Below are positions 51,710 through 64,000 of a DNA stretch of 64,000 nucleotides, one piece after another. This DNA is from Eremomyces bilateralis CBS 781.70. Lineage: Eukaryota. The notes beneath the pieces are model-generated. The model worked only from the letters and a program-made list of their open reading frames with translations. It was not told where the DNA came from and made no database searches. The stretch's first letter is position 1; the number at the start of each line of letters is the position of its first letter. The stretch is taken from assembly GCA_010015585.1 (NCBI GenBank), contig ML975153.1. One strand, given 5' to 3'. The position numbers and the translations under genes were made by a program.

Positions 51710-54700
51710 ATGTCTATGTCCATTGAAGAGTTGGACTCTACGGTCCGCGCGTTCTACGAGGGACGCGGAGATATTGTAAGTACTATCCTCTGTCTCATAA
51801 CATGGGGTAGATGCTAATATGTACGGCAGCAAAATAAAGCCCAAGCGACCCTGAATCAGGTACGTTCCCCCAACTCCCTCCGTTTGTGTCGACTCTGACC
51901 CTGTCTGTAGTTCAAGGAGAGCCCGGATGCATGGCTTCTGGTGGACAAGATCCTCGAAGATGCGACATATCCGCAGACGAAATGTAAGGACTACTCAAGA
52001 CGAGGTGGAGGTATCACTGACATCCCGTTAGATTTGGGACTTCAGGTCCTAGACAACGTCATCAATACTCGGTGGAAGGTTCTGCCTCGGGAACAATGTC
52101 AAGGTAACGCATCATTTCGGTCCTAGAAACTTACAGGATCAGTTACTAAACTTTTAACCAGGCATCCGCAACTTTGTCGTCAGCTGCATCATCAAGCATT
52201 CTTCAACCGAGGATGGCCTCCGGACGAACAAGACTCTCCTCAACAAGCTCAACCTAACCCTTGTTTCGATCCTCAAGCAGGAATGGCCCCATAACTGGCC
52301 CGCATTCATCAACGAGATTATCGCCTCGTGCCACTCGAGCATCCCGATCTGCGAAAACAACATGGTCATTCTAAGGCTACTGTCCGAGGAAGTTTTTGAC
52401 TTCTCCCAAGATAAAATGACCTCCTCGAAAGCGAAAGACATGAAGGCGACGATGTGCGAGGAGTTCACATCAATATACCAGCTTTGTCTAGAGATCTTGC
52501 GCACTGCTGGTCAAGCGACCCTAATCCGCGCTACACTGGAGACATTGCTTCGATTCCTCAGTTGGATCCCGCTTGGTTACATTTTCGAGACTCCCGTGTC
52601 TGGCATGAGCTTGATTGAGACACTGCAAACCAGGTTCCTGGCTATCCCGGATTTCCGCAACATTACGCTGAAATGCTTGACCGAAATCGCGGGCTTGCAC
52701 ACCGATCCGCAATACAACGAGAAGCTTGTTTCCATGTTCACCGATACGCTGACGGCTGTCTCTACCATCATTCCCCTCTCTCTCGACTTGAAGTCCACCT
52801 ATTCGAACAGCAATAATCGGGACCAAGAATTTGTTCAGAACCTTGCATTGTTCCTGTGCAACTTCTTCACGATGCACCTTCCAGTGAGTGCAATTGCAAT
52901 CCTGCGTTAGTATAGAAGCTAACAAGTCATTAGGTCGTCGAGAATCTACCTAACCGCGATTTCTTGACGCACGGTCATTTCTATCTTATCCGAATCAGCC
53001 AAATCGATGACCGAGAGATCTTCAAGATTTGTCTAGATTACTGGACCAAGCTGGTGTCAGAGCTATACGAAGAGGTGCAGCAGCTCCCTCTCACCGACCC
53101 CAACCCTTTGGTGAGTCTGGGCCTGGCTGGTCTCAATTCCGGTGCGCGGGATCCTGCAATGCTAGAGAACCTTCCTCTGCGCAAGCACAAGTACGCCGAG
53201 GTCTTGTCGAACCTGCGAACTGTGATGATTGAGAAGATGGTCCGTCCTGAAGAAGTTCTCATTGTCGAAAACGACGAGGGCGAAATCGTGCGCGAGTTCG
53301 TGAAAGAGAGCGATACGATCCAGCTTTACAAGTCCACAAGGGAATGCTTGGTCTATCTTACGCACTTGGATATCGCTGATACCGAAGTAATCATGTCGGA
53401 GAAGTTGGCAAGGCAGATGGATGGCTCCGAATGGTCATGGTCGAACTGCAACACTTTGTGTTGGGCCATCGGTTCCATATCCGGCGCCATGAATGAGGAA
53501 ACTGAGAAGAGATTCTTGGTCACTGTCATCAAGGACCTTTTGGGTCTGACTGAGATGAAACGTGGGAAAGATAACAAAGCCGTGGTTGCCAGCAATATCA
53601 TGTATATTGTTGGGCAGTACCCGCGGTTCTTGAAGGCTCATTGGAAGTTCTTGAAAACTGTCGTCAACAAGCTTTTCGAGTTCATGCATGAGACCCACGA
53701 AGGCAAGCGTTCCGAAAGACCACACTATGCAAAGCTAACATGGTTACAGGTGTACAAGATATGGCTTGCGACACATTTATCAAGATCGCGAACAAATGTC
53801 GCAGACATTTCGTGGCAACTCAGCCTGGCGAGACCGAGCCGTTTATTGACGAGATCGTGCGCAACCTGCCGAACATCACAAAAGATCTCTCGCATCAGCA
53901 GGTCCACACTTTCTATGAGGCGTGCGGCTTCATGATCAGCGCTCAGGGGCAGAAGTCTGTGCAAGAACGACTCATCCAGGACCTCATGGCCTACCCCAAC
54001 CAAGCCGTATGTCTTCCAAGTTGCTGGTTCTTGGGCAAGCTAACGGTGCGTAGTGGACCAGCATCATTAAACAAGCGCATGTGAACCCATCCATTCTCGA
54101 GGATGCCGACACCATCCGAGTCATTGGCAACATCATGAAGACCAATGTGTCCGCCTGCAGTTCGATTGGAACCTACTTCTACCCTCAAATCGGGAGAATA
54201 TATCTGGACATGTTGACCATGTATCGAGCAAGCAGTACGCTCATTGACGAGGCTGTACAACGGGATGGTAAGTCCTCTAAGCACTAAAAGAGGTCTTTGC
54301 TAACAAACCCAGGTCCGATTGCAACAAAGATGCCTCGAGTTCGTGGACTGCGCACGGTCAAGAAAGAGATCCTCAAATTGATCAACACGTATGTCGAAAA
54401 GGCGGACGATCTCGAGATGGTTCACACTAGCCTGGTGCCACAACTGCTGGAAGCGGTGCTCTTAGATTACAAGAAGAACGTTCCAGACGCCCGAGAAGCG
54501 GAAGTGCTCAATGTGATGACGACGATCATCAACAAGTTGCATGTACGTTGCGACCCAACCTTTGCAGATCAGACGGACCAAAGATTGACCATTACTGACT
54601 ATTCCTAGGGCCTGATGGAAGATCAGATCATGAACATCCTCGACTCGGTCTTCGAATGCACGCTGGAGATGATCAACAAGGATTTCTCCGAGTACCCCGA

Positions 54701-55477
54701 ACATCGTGTCGAGTTCTTTAAACTTCTGCGCACGATCAATCTTCGCTGCTTCCCCGCTCTCCTTCGCCTCGATAACCGCCAGTTCAAATTCATCATCGAT
54801 TCCTGCATGTGGGCGAGCAAGCACGACAACCGTGAAGTCGAGAGCGCCGGTCTCCAGATGTGCAACGAGCTCATCATCAACATGTCCGAAATGGAACCGC
54901 AAATCTCCAACCAGTTCTTCCAAACTTACTACACGTCCATCCTGCAAGACGTTCTCTTCGTCCTCACGGACAGCGATCATAAGGCCGGCTTTAAGTCGCA
55001 GTCGTTGCTGCTGCAGAAGATGTTCTACCTGATCGATTGCGGGAAAATACAGGGCCCGGTCTATTCGGCCGACATGGCCCCTCAGGGAACGTCGAACAAG
55101 GAGTTCCTCAAGAATTTCGCAGGCAACCTACTTGCCAATGCATTCCCGAATCTCACACCGTAAGTCAACATGTATATCCTTATTTATACCGTTGCCCTTC
55201 GTCATGCCCGGCTTGGAAGAATTATACTAACTCCTCTAGGTCACAAATCGCGACCTTCCTTGAAAACCTGTTCAACTCTACTACCGACGTGAACCGATTC
55301 AAGTTGCTCCTTCGAGACTTCTTGATCTCCCTCAAGGAGTTCGCCGACGACAACGCCGAGCTCTTTGCAGAGGATCGCGAACTCGCCGCTAAGCAGGCCA
55401 AGGAGCAAGAAAGGGAGCGCGCGATGAAGGTTGGCGGGTTGCTGAAGCCCAGCGAGATGGACGACGACGAGTTGTGA
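51710..55477 (+). CDS. CRM1: Exportin-1 (Crm1/Xpo1)
   Basis: [73 protein letters not shown] and GGLLKPSE; ten introns, one of them GC-AG. Confidence 0.97.
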
Positions 55478-57673
55478 CTGCGGGAAGAGTTGGACGTGAC
55501 GACCGCTACGAGAACTGGTTGGGATACCCAGGCTGTCGATCAGCCGCCACCGGAAGGATCGAAGGAGAGCGGCGCGTGGGATGGTTTCCACGCCTACGGT
55601 TTATGATCGAGGGACAAGGTGAGTGCGCGCGGTGGTCAAGCTGGTGATGCGTTGCAGGAGGGTTGCGGCTCCGCGGCGAGTCCTCGGTGCGACAAACGGC
55701 CCGGCTCGGCCTGCGTGGGCAAAAAGTACTAGACAGTGTGCGATAGGAAGGATGTGAGCAATGAGCATATGTTGATTAGCCTGGCGATTCCCTTGCGGCT
55801 GTTCCCGTTGGGATCGGTTCATCCGTCGCGATGCTGTAGGTCGGACAATACAAAGATTTTCTTCATTCTGATTCCTAGTGGTTGCCGTGTCGGACGGCTG
55901 GACGAGTAGGTACTGGTACTGGCTTAAGGAGTGATTTGTGCATCCACTTGTCCAAGGACGAGCGAATCCCATATTCCCATGTCAAGATCATGGTCAAATA
56001 ATGAATATGTATCGAAGGCGAACGAAGCACACCTTTATCAATATCGGGTTCACGATGGATCATAGAATGCTTCCGAGTTCCACCAGCATGTGGTAGAAAT
56101 CTCGCCAGGCACGGAAGCAGAGGTACCAGACCTTCAGAGCGCAGACTGAATTGTATTGACCAGCCAAAAAGGGTACAAGGTCACAGAGAAAGGACTACCT
56201 ACTAAGGAGAGTTAGTCACAGTGCCAATTAGGAGCCGAATTGGCATCGACAACCCGTCTAAACTCTAAAATCTAAAAACAGCACTGAGATAGCGAGATCT
56301 GCGTGGCAGTTAATTACAGGTTGAATCATGAATGCCGTACAGCCCGTACTCTGTTGTATTCACCGGTAATTACTCCCCGACATCACCGCCTGTCGCCCAT
56401 GAGCCCAGTGTCAGAGCCCGGAGGCCGGAAGCCATCGCCGGCTGGATGGAACCCCTTGGACGGGTGAGTGTGGGGAGTCTGAATAAGCTGTGGCTAAATC
56501 TGATTGCTGTTGCTGACATACATGCGGCGGAGGCTGGTTTCATGATTCTTCCTTGATCCCGTCGTTCACAATCCTTCGTCCTCCATCTTCTGTGTATTAG
56601 CTATTGTCGAATGACGCAGAGGTACTGATCTAATTAAGTCAATTTAGACCTGAGTCGGAAGTTAAGAACCGAGGGCTGTGTAGTCTATAATGGGCTGCTG
56701 GGCTACCGAGTGCTGGGCGGCGACTCAGAGCGAAAGCGGTGAAATTTGATCGATGGAACGCAACAGTAACTGTGCAAGGTTAGAGGCATTCCGTTAGGGC
56801 TGACTGGTGGCGTGGGACGGGCGCGGGATATTCGGTGTAATCAGGAACCACCTGTTGACTATTCTCTGTTTGTGGGCGAAACCCCTTCAGCCTTGCTCCC
56901 TTCGGGCTTAGCCGTCCGCCCCTTTTTTTTCTCGCTCGCTGCTGGCGCCGCCCGCCAACGCCTATCACAGCTTGAGCGAGTTGCACGAAAACACGAGCTC
57001 CCTCGCCCTCACGCACCAACGTCTCGGCAAAATCGCGCGTTTTGTTTGGATGTTTGTTCGGGGGCCTTCTCTCGGCGCGTCAGCAACACGCCGGATAAGT
57101 AACGAAATTCGAAACGCATCCTCAGCTCTCTGTCGTGTCTCCAACACCGCCAGTTCGCAAGGCGCAACACCGCGACGACCTGCATCACTAAATGCTGACT
57201 GGAAGGAATTCCAACCACCGAGGAAATTCGACCGGTCGATCCAGTAGGATCCATGTTGAGGTGTCGACTAACTGGACACTTCGATGCTGATGAACGCTAA
57301 CCGGTAGATTGCTACTGGGTTGAGAGAGCCAACCCATGTCGCTGGGGCGTCTCTTCGTGATAGCCTCAATCCGTGTCCAGAAATAAAAGTAAGCCACTCG
57401 AGCGTTTTGTGGGCTTTAAGTGGATTGGAGTATGTGCACTCTCCTGAGCTGAACGCCTGAACGGGCTATCAGTCCTTCGGCCTTCTTTTAAGATGGTTGA
57501 CTTGACCTCTGTCGTTTAGCCCTTCATCCAGCCATTGTTCATTCGTCCTCTATCATTTCTCGAGTCTCCTTTGCGCCTTAATACCCTTCGTTCTTCTCAC
57601 ATTTCGTCCATATATAATATTTCCGTCCTCATTTCATTCAATTCCGTCGTATCAACCCGTCACTACAATCAAG

Positions 57674-58348
57674 ATGTTGTTCAAGTCCGTCGCCATCTTC
57701 GCCGCCGTGGCCGTCGTCGCCAGCGCCCAGGGCAACTGTCCTCAGAACGCTGAGGCATCTTCGTGAGTTTGCATGGTATTCCGTCTGTTGTGTCATGGTG
57801 TGCTAACAGCTACTCCAGCTTCTTCCGATCATGCGGCGACAAGCAAAATGACCTCGCCAATTGCAACGGAGACGACGTCCCTTGCACCTGCTCCGTCTAC
57901 GGTGCTCAGTCTGAGTTCGTCTAACATCAGTCTTTGGAAGTGAGGCGTCGTACTAACCAGCATCCGTAGCTGCTACCAAGACTACATCACCTCCTACTGC
58001 AGCCAGTGGCAGTACCCCGGAAACGACTACCTCTCCGGAAACTGCGGTGCCAACTCCCCGGTGACCAAGTCGTCCTCCTCTTCCCCCGCCTCCGCCACCG
58101 CTGGCACCACTACCACCGACGCTAAGCCCTCCGCCACCGGTGCGTCCTCATCTTCCTCCTCCAGCAACGGTACCACCTCCAAGGCCAGCACCGCCTCTGG
58201 TTCATCTAGCTCTGAGGAGGCCGCTGAGACTAGCACTTCCACTAACTCTGCCCCAGCTCAGCAAACCGGTGCTGCCGGTAGCTTCAAGGTCGAGGGGGCC
58301 ATGGCTGCTGTTGCCGGTGCCGCCGCTGGCTTCGCCATCTTGCTATAA
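57674..58348 (+). CDS. GPI-anchored cell-surface protein: 8-Cys N-terminal domain plus Ser/Thr-rich stalk
   Basis: Signal MLFKSVAIFAAVAVVASA; introns 57763-57819 and 57915-57969; S/T-rich region; hydrophobic C-terminus AMAAVAGAAAGFAILL. Confidence 0.85.
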
Positions 58349-58960
58349 GTGGTCGGTTAAGGGGCTTGCCCGGGAGTTCCGACATGAACAACCTGGGTGG
58401 TCGAGGACAAGTTGCGGGATCCTCTAGGAGCAGAACTAAAATGGCTAATTGGGACCCATCCGCGTGCCATGTGTGAGATAAGGAAGATTCCATGTGGCCC
58501 AATACCGTGTAATTGCTGGAGATTTGCTTTCAGATTTGCTTTAGATCATAGAGACGCGCATAATACCACTGCAAAGCTCGGGAGTTTCTTCAACATCATT
58601 GTTCAGGAGCCAGAGCCTGCACCAGTGCAAATACAGAAGCTTGGTTTCCTTATGATAGTATTCCGTGCGCGTTGTTTGACGATTGGTAACTGAGGTGCTG
58701 TACTACGTCGGTGGACCGTTTCTAAAAGAGGAAGTCAAATTTTCCAGCCCTGGTCTAGCCCAATTTTGGTCCCACTCGGAATATTGAATTGAATGTTATT
58801 CCTGTTTTTCCAGACCATGGCAAGTTTGATAACACTAATCATTATCTTATTACATTCTAGCATGCACTTTCTTGTATCTACTAAACCCTAATATCGTCGG
58901 ACTGTGGAAATACTCACATGCCCAGTCGATTCCTGCCCACTTGGGTTTGGGGCACTGAAG

Positions 58961-59635
58961 ATGGTCGATCGGTTGGAGGGAGAAATGAGTCTGGCTCGAT
59001 GTCCAGACATTTATCTTGTATTAAATACGCCGAAAGGTGAGTACGGTAGCGTTGCATGACGATGAGATACCATGCATAAACAACTTAAATGTCGTTCTAC
59101 AGGTCGAGGAGTGGTTGCGCGGAGTCATATACCAGCTAGAACCATTTTGGACGTTTGTCCAGTCTTGGTGCTATCTCTCGAGGATAATGAGAAGCATATA
59201 AAGCATACAGAGCTGTTTCACTACACATAGTAAGGCCCTATTATACCGTATTATGCACAGGTTTGCTCTACGGGACCCTCCTGACCGTCGACATCTGCAG
59301 TAACTGGCCGCATCAAGATGAAAAGGGCATTCTCCGCATGCACCAGGCCATATGTTTCGGACTCGGCTCTATGTTCAACCATTCCCACCACAATCAGAAC
59401 GTCGTATGGGAGCGGGACCAACAATCAAAGACCATCACATACCGGGCCGCACGAGACATTCCACCGGGCGAAGAACTTTGTAATCATCCGCCCGATCCCA
59501 TTAGGTTTCGCACAGCGATCTAACCGTTCCTTTCTTTTAGGCATCTCATACGGCTCCCATCTGACATTTACAGATGCAGATAGCCCCGAGGGCGAAGAAG
59601 AACCGGAGCTCTTGTTGGATAAAATACAGATTTGA
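58961..59635 (+). CDS. Small stand-alone SET-domain methyltransferase (S. pombe Set7-like)
   Basis: KGRGVVA, GLGSMFNHS and RDIPPGEELCISYG; three introns. Confidence 0.87.
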
Positions 59636-59829
59636 CCATCGACGGCCAATGGGAGGAGGATTACCGATTTAGCAGTCCAAGTGCAGAAGAGGAAGTTCAT
59701 CAAACATGCCGATGCCTGCAAAATCAACCCGATGTCGCCACAAAATACTGGGAACCCTCATCAATGTCTCGATTTAGAAGACAAGAACACGATGCCGCCG
59801 TACCCACTAGACCAATGGATACAACTACA

Positions 59830-61674
59830 TTACTTCGTCTGAGCGTCATCATCCTTCTCACCCTCGCCTGCATCGCCTCTCTCCTGAGTCTCCGCGTCTT
59901 CCGCCTGGTTTCGCAAGTCGTACGCGATCTCGAAGCATTCCTCCAGCAGCTGGGTCACCGCTCCTTGGCCATCAGGGATGTCGTTCCCAACCATGAATTT
60001 ACCTTCCACCCTCATGTTATCGATCGAGTTGAGCTGCGGCCGGTTAGCGAGTGACGATAGAATGCGAGTAGGTATTCTAGACATACCTTGAGGCTGTATG
60101 GGTACAACTCTCGAATGGATGCACATCCTCCGGCATTCTTCACCTCCAGAAGACATCGCTTGAGGGTATTGAGCTGGTTGTAAATCGGGAGGAGAGCCTC
60201 GGATACAGCCTCCGAGGAGATTAACAGCTGGAAGATGAGGGCGTAGCTCTTCCGAAGGAGGTACAAGAGCGTCTGCGTTGCTTGTTAGCATGACTAGCTA
60301 CCAGACAGCGTTGGTCATGATACGTACCCTCTGCGCGTGCAGGTCTGATGGTTTCCCTTCGCTGTCAAGGAAATGGCCGTCCACACGAGATTCATCAATC
60401 CGATCAAGCTGTCGCTGGAATTGAAATAGGTCGGTCTCTCGAAGGGACCACGCTTGCGTTAACGTGAGCTTGTCCAAGTGATTCCTGATTCCTAACAACT
60501 TTTGGTAGACGTCTTGGAACTTCTCTTCGACTTTGCCTTGCCTAATGCTTCGTGAGTACAGGTGATTAACGGGAAACGGTGCTGAACGTACTTCTCCTGT
60601 ATGAGATGCACCCATAATGCGCATCGAGTGTGTAAATCCGCAACCAGCCTCTCCGCGCTCGGATGGAGGCTCGATTCCGTGCCAAAGACTTTGATATGAT
60701 CCTCGAACCTCTTCGCATAGGAGCGGTCGTCTTTTAGGATGTTTTTCTGCCGCAGATCCGCCTCGATATCCAAGAGCTCCTGCTTGATGCTATCCACTTC
60801 CGCTGCGGGGAACTAAACGGTATCAGAGAAAATTATAGGGACACTGGAACGAATAATTGACGGACCTTTGACTTTGTGTTGCATGCTGACAGCGTCCTTA
60901 ATATGGAGACCAATCTCTCATAAGTGTTGCAGAGTTCCTTGTTCTCCCTCAGAGGCGCCAGCCACTCTTTCAGCACGTTCACTATCGTTTCGCAGGCTTC
61001 TACTCTGGCTTCCAATAAATTTGAAAGATGTGGATCATAGCTCTGGCGACTGCGCTTGACAATATCTCGAAATTCTTCTATACGGTTGCTAATCGACTCA
61101 ACGTCTTTCCGGTAGAAGAACGCAGCTTCTTTCAGGTGGTCGAGCAGTCTCTGTAGGAGCGTAAGCAGGTATAGGAGCCGGGTTATAGCGGGAAATGGAC
61201 CTTTGCGTTGGAAACGGCCGAGTAACTGGAAAATAGGTCAGTTGGCTGTATCAAATTCGAGCATTGGAGGGCGTGGCGCTTACACGGCAGGAGCTTCGTG
61301 GTTTTTTCCAATGGTCATAAACGCCAACGATATCAGTTGGAAGCAATCATCCAACACCGTATCGACTATCAATACAATCAGTACCTTTTCCAAATACTAT
61401 CGGGGAATATGCGTCGCATTCCGGACTGCGGAACGCCACTCTGGGAACAATGCGCACCTCGACTATCATCCGTCCGTTTCCCTTTCCGCTTCTCGTCCAG
61501 AGCATGTACTTGGACGATAACCTCCTCGTACGCCCCAATGATATCCTGTGACTTCACGTACGTCGACTTGTCCTGCCGCAGCAGCTCGAGCCCGTCGCGG
61601 ACCTGGAGCAAGCGGTCTAATATCGGCTTCTCCGCGGGGTCGAGCGGGGCTCGCACGACCGGAGAGTCGGTCAT
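59830..61674 (-). CDS. DUF2408/UPF0662 protein (Ypl260w/Cub1-like)
   Basis: LLRQDKSTYVKS, DDCFQLISL..MTIGK, TQAWSLRETDL, SEAVSEALLPIYNQL.TLKRCL and ELYPYS; multi-exon. Confidence 0.8.
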
Positions 61675-62365
61675 GGTCGTGGACGTGGGTTGGAGGGTGG
61701 GATTGAGGGATGGCACGTCAATGCGATAGGAGGAGATCGGGAAGAGTGAGGATGGGAATTGGAAGTATCTGGATATGCAGGGTTGGGTGAATGACGATTG
61801 GGACCCAGGCGTGCCAGGAGGAGGTGATGATATGCATGCAGCTGGATGACACCATGGATTGGCGGGGTGCTCTGCTTTATCGTTCATGATCCCATCCATG
61901 ATCTATCCCATGCTTTTGTAGTACTTATTACCTTTTCTAACGGATTCTATATTATACAAGCTGAAACCGTTAATGCCGCCATTAGTTATCAGGAAATAGT
62001 TATCTGTAGTTATTGCTTATGCAAACCCTAGTCATACGTTATGGTGGCTGACTTGATCACTTTCATCGACCTGCGTGTGACTGCGCTACATATTTATACC
62101 ATTTTAATCGATATAAGATACACTTCTATTATTGAGTGGGGTGGGGGTCGCAGTAAACCTCTTCCTGAATTCCTCCTGGTGACGAGTGTCCAACCAGATG
62201 GGCAGTTAGGAAATTGGTTCCCTCCGACGAGCGAGAGGCTCAAGAAATCGTAACAAACATGTCCCATAACCCTAAAAAACCATCATTGTTGCTCAGAACA
62301 TCTTCGACGACGGCTCCCCATCCCTTCTCTGTTGCGGAGCTCGCCATCAACGGATCGGCGTAGAG

Positions 62366-63706
62366 TCACGGGCTAAGGGGGGCCTGAATCCGAGGGGGTG
62401 CCTGAATCTTCCTGGGCATGATCCGTTCCACTGTATGGAATGCTTCGAAGACGAGAGCCGTCACCTGAGCTTTGGACAGGGTCATGAACGGGGTCGGCAC
62501 CTTGCTCAGTCGATAAAGAGCCTCCGCAAGAAACGCTCGACAAAGCCGATACTCGACGATGAGCCCGGTGGACACCATGACGTCCCTGGTCAGCATGAGG
62601 CTGTACGCATTCGCCGTAACGATGTCCGGCCACACCGCACGGATGTCGACCGCAAGCGCTTCGTACTGATCCGCGGGAAAGGCAATGTCGATTCGGAGAA
62701 ACTGGGCGAGCCGCGTAGGCAGAGGACAGTACCCGGTATTGGAGTTTCCGACGAGGTACCACAGGGTTTTGAGTTTAGTCGCATCTCCCGTCTGCTTGTA
62801 ATTACGTACCAGATCCTTGAGCTGATCGCCGAATGATTCTGCCACGTGCAGGATGCTGCCCGCCAAGTCTTTTTCCTGAATCTGCCCTGCATGTGCCGTT
62901 GGCGCTCCATGTTGGTTATCAGCTGGCTGGAATCCCGTCTGCCGATGGAATGGATCGTTATTGCCATTTCGAGCGGTCCCGTCACGCTCTCCGTCCTCCA
63001 ATCCCCAGATTTCTCCGCCATCATCGCTTGTTCCGTCTCTATCACTGATTCCTCCCTGCTCCGACAAAATCTCCGCTCCCTTGCCCAGCTGGAAGGCCAC
63101 GCCCATGGCTCGGTTGCCCCAGTGGACGCTACGCGCTTCGACGGTCCGTCCGGGAAGGTTATCACGAAAGTGCGAAAGAAAGAACACCTCATTTCGCATT
63201 CCACGGTACGGGGTGCATAAGCCGTGTTTGTCGGGGTCAATCAGAGCGAAGACCTTGAATCCTCCGGCCTCTCTTCGTTGCTCTGTGGTGATCCGTACCA
63301 CTGCCATGAATGGAAGTTGATTCCCATGATCCCAGTTCAACACTGATTCTCGAGAAGGCGGGGTAACACCGACAACGATATCTTTATTCACATAGTTGGC
63401 GGATTTCATGTATCGATGGCCGAGGCCCGGAACGATATATCCGATCAAGAGGTATTTGTCGGCGTATTCTGACGGGGATGCTCGTGTCTCTGCCTTAGTC
63501 AGATTATGCGTCGTTCGAATGGTAACGCCATCAGCGCCCAATCGTCGAGTATACGGGATGCTCGAATTCGACCACGCATTGATAAGCGTAAAGTGCTTGG
63601 GCGTCGGCGTCGGAAGCTGAAGCGCCCAACCGCAGGGATTGATCGCATATTCCGTCTGCTGCGGGCCTTGCGAGGGCTGAGCCGGTGAACTGACAGCCAC
63701 TGCCAT
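62366..63706 (-). CDS. Hypothetical protein, 446 aa, intronless, no recognised domain
   Basis: Long ORF with globular-looking N- and C-terminal halves and a G/D-rich linker; no family recognised. Confidence 0.6.
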   Translation of the reverse strand: MAVAVSSPAQPSQGPQQTEYAINPCGWALQLPTPTPKHFTLINAWSNSSIPYTRRLGADGVTIRTTHNLTKAETRASPSEYADKYLLIGYIVPGLGHRYMKSANYVNKDIVVGVTPPSRESVLNWDHGNQLPFMAVVRITTEQRREAGGFKVFALIDPDKHGLCTPYRGMRNEVFFLSHFRDNLPGRTVEARSVHWGNRAMGVAFQLGKGAEILSEQGGISDRDGTSDDGGEIWGLEDGERDGTARNGNNDPFHRQTGFQPADNQHGAPTAHAGQIQEKDLAGSILHVAESFGDQLKDLVRNYKQTGDATKLKTLWYLVGNSNTGYCPLPTRLAQFLRIDIAFPADQYEALAVDIRAVWPDIVTANAYSLMLTRDVMVSTGLIVEYRLCRAFLAEALYRLSKVPTPFMTLSKAQVTALVFEAFHTVERIMPRKIQAPPRIQAPLSP

Positions 63707-64000
63707 TGGGAATGAGGCTTAGGAGACGTAGTCGATAGCAAAAGGAAGGCCTCTAGTGATCGAGATGAGTGATAGAAATTAGTGCGAGGCTCAGATCGAA
63801 AACTCGATGTGACTGAGTTTGGACGGTGCAAGAGGAAGATGTAAGAATGAGAGTGGAAAGTCACTAAGTGTGTTATTAGGACTGGCTCACTCTTACGTGA
63901 TAACAATTTGGAAATCCTCATCTTCACTTCCCACTGACATTGGTACGTGCACGTATCTCATATCAGTCCAGTCACCGAATCTATTTACCCTAAAGGCAAA

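Noticed and set aside
57221..57236. GGAAATTCG, resembling RNase P CR-I
   Set aside because: No matching CR-V or P4 partner was found.
62267..62275. TAACCCTAA, identical to the Pezizomycotina telomerase RNA template
   Set aside because: A single 9-mer; the downstream + strand is antisense to a long ORF and no pseudoknot or CR4/5 element was recognised.

Overview
Gene-dense, intron-rich genomic DNA from a filamentous ascomycete (Pezizomycotina-type GT..CTRAC..AG introns of about 50-80 nt). I can model about 24 protein-coding genes, plus the 5' end of a pogo/Fot1 (CENP-B-type) transposase-like ORF that runs off the left edge. Recognisable genes are RTT106, a secreted carboxylesterase, nitronate monooxygenase, a GFA-domain protein, an MFS transporter, an acyl-CoA dehydrogenase, a WW protein, GGC1, YPT1, a multi-domain CE4 deacetylase, tyrosinase, a DUF1640 protein, TDA3, EDE1, a WD40 protein, an F-box protein, an HhH protein, CRM1, a GPI-anchored 8-Cys protein, a SET protein and a DUF2408 protein. 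No rRNA, tRNA or CRISPR was seen. The most striking observation is in YPT1/Rab1: its first intron yields the conserved MNPEYDY N-terminus with canonical splice sites only if read as a nested spliceosomal twin intron (stwintron). An 82-nt internal intron splits the external donor GTG|AGT between positions 3 and 4, and the other canonical splicing routes I tested create a TGA at codon 5. Gene names are assigned from recalled motifs, not database searches, and exon coordinates were read by eye.
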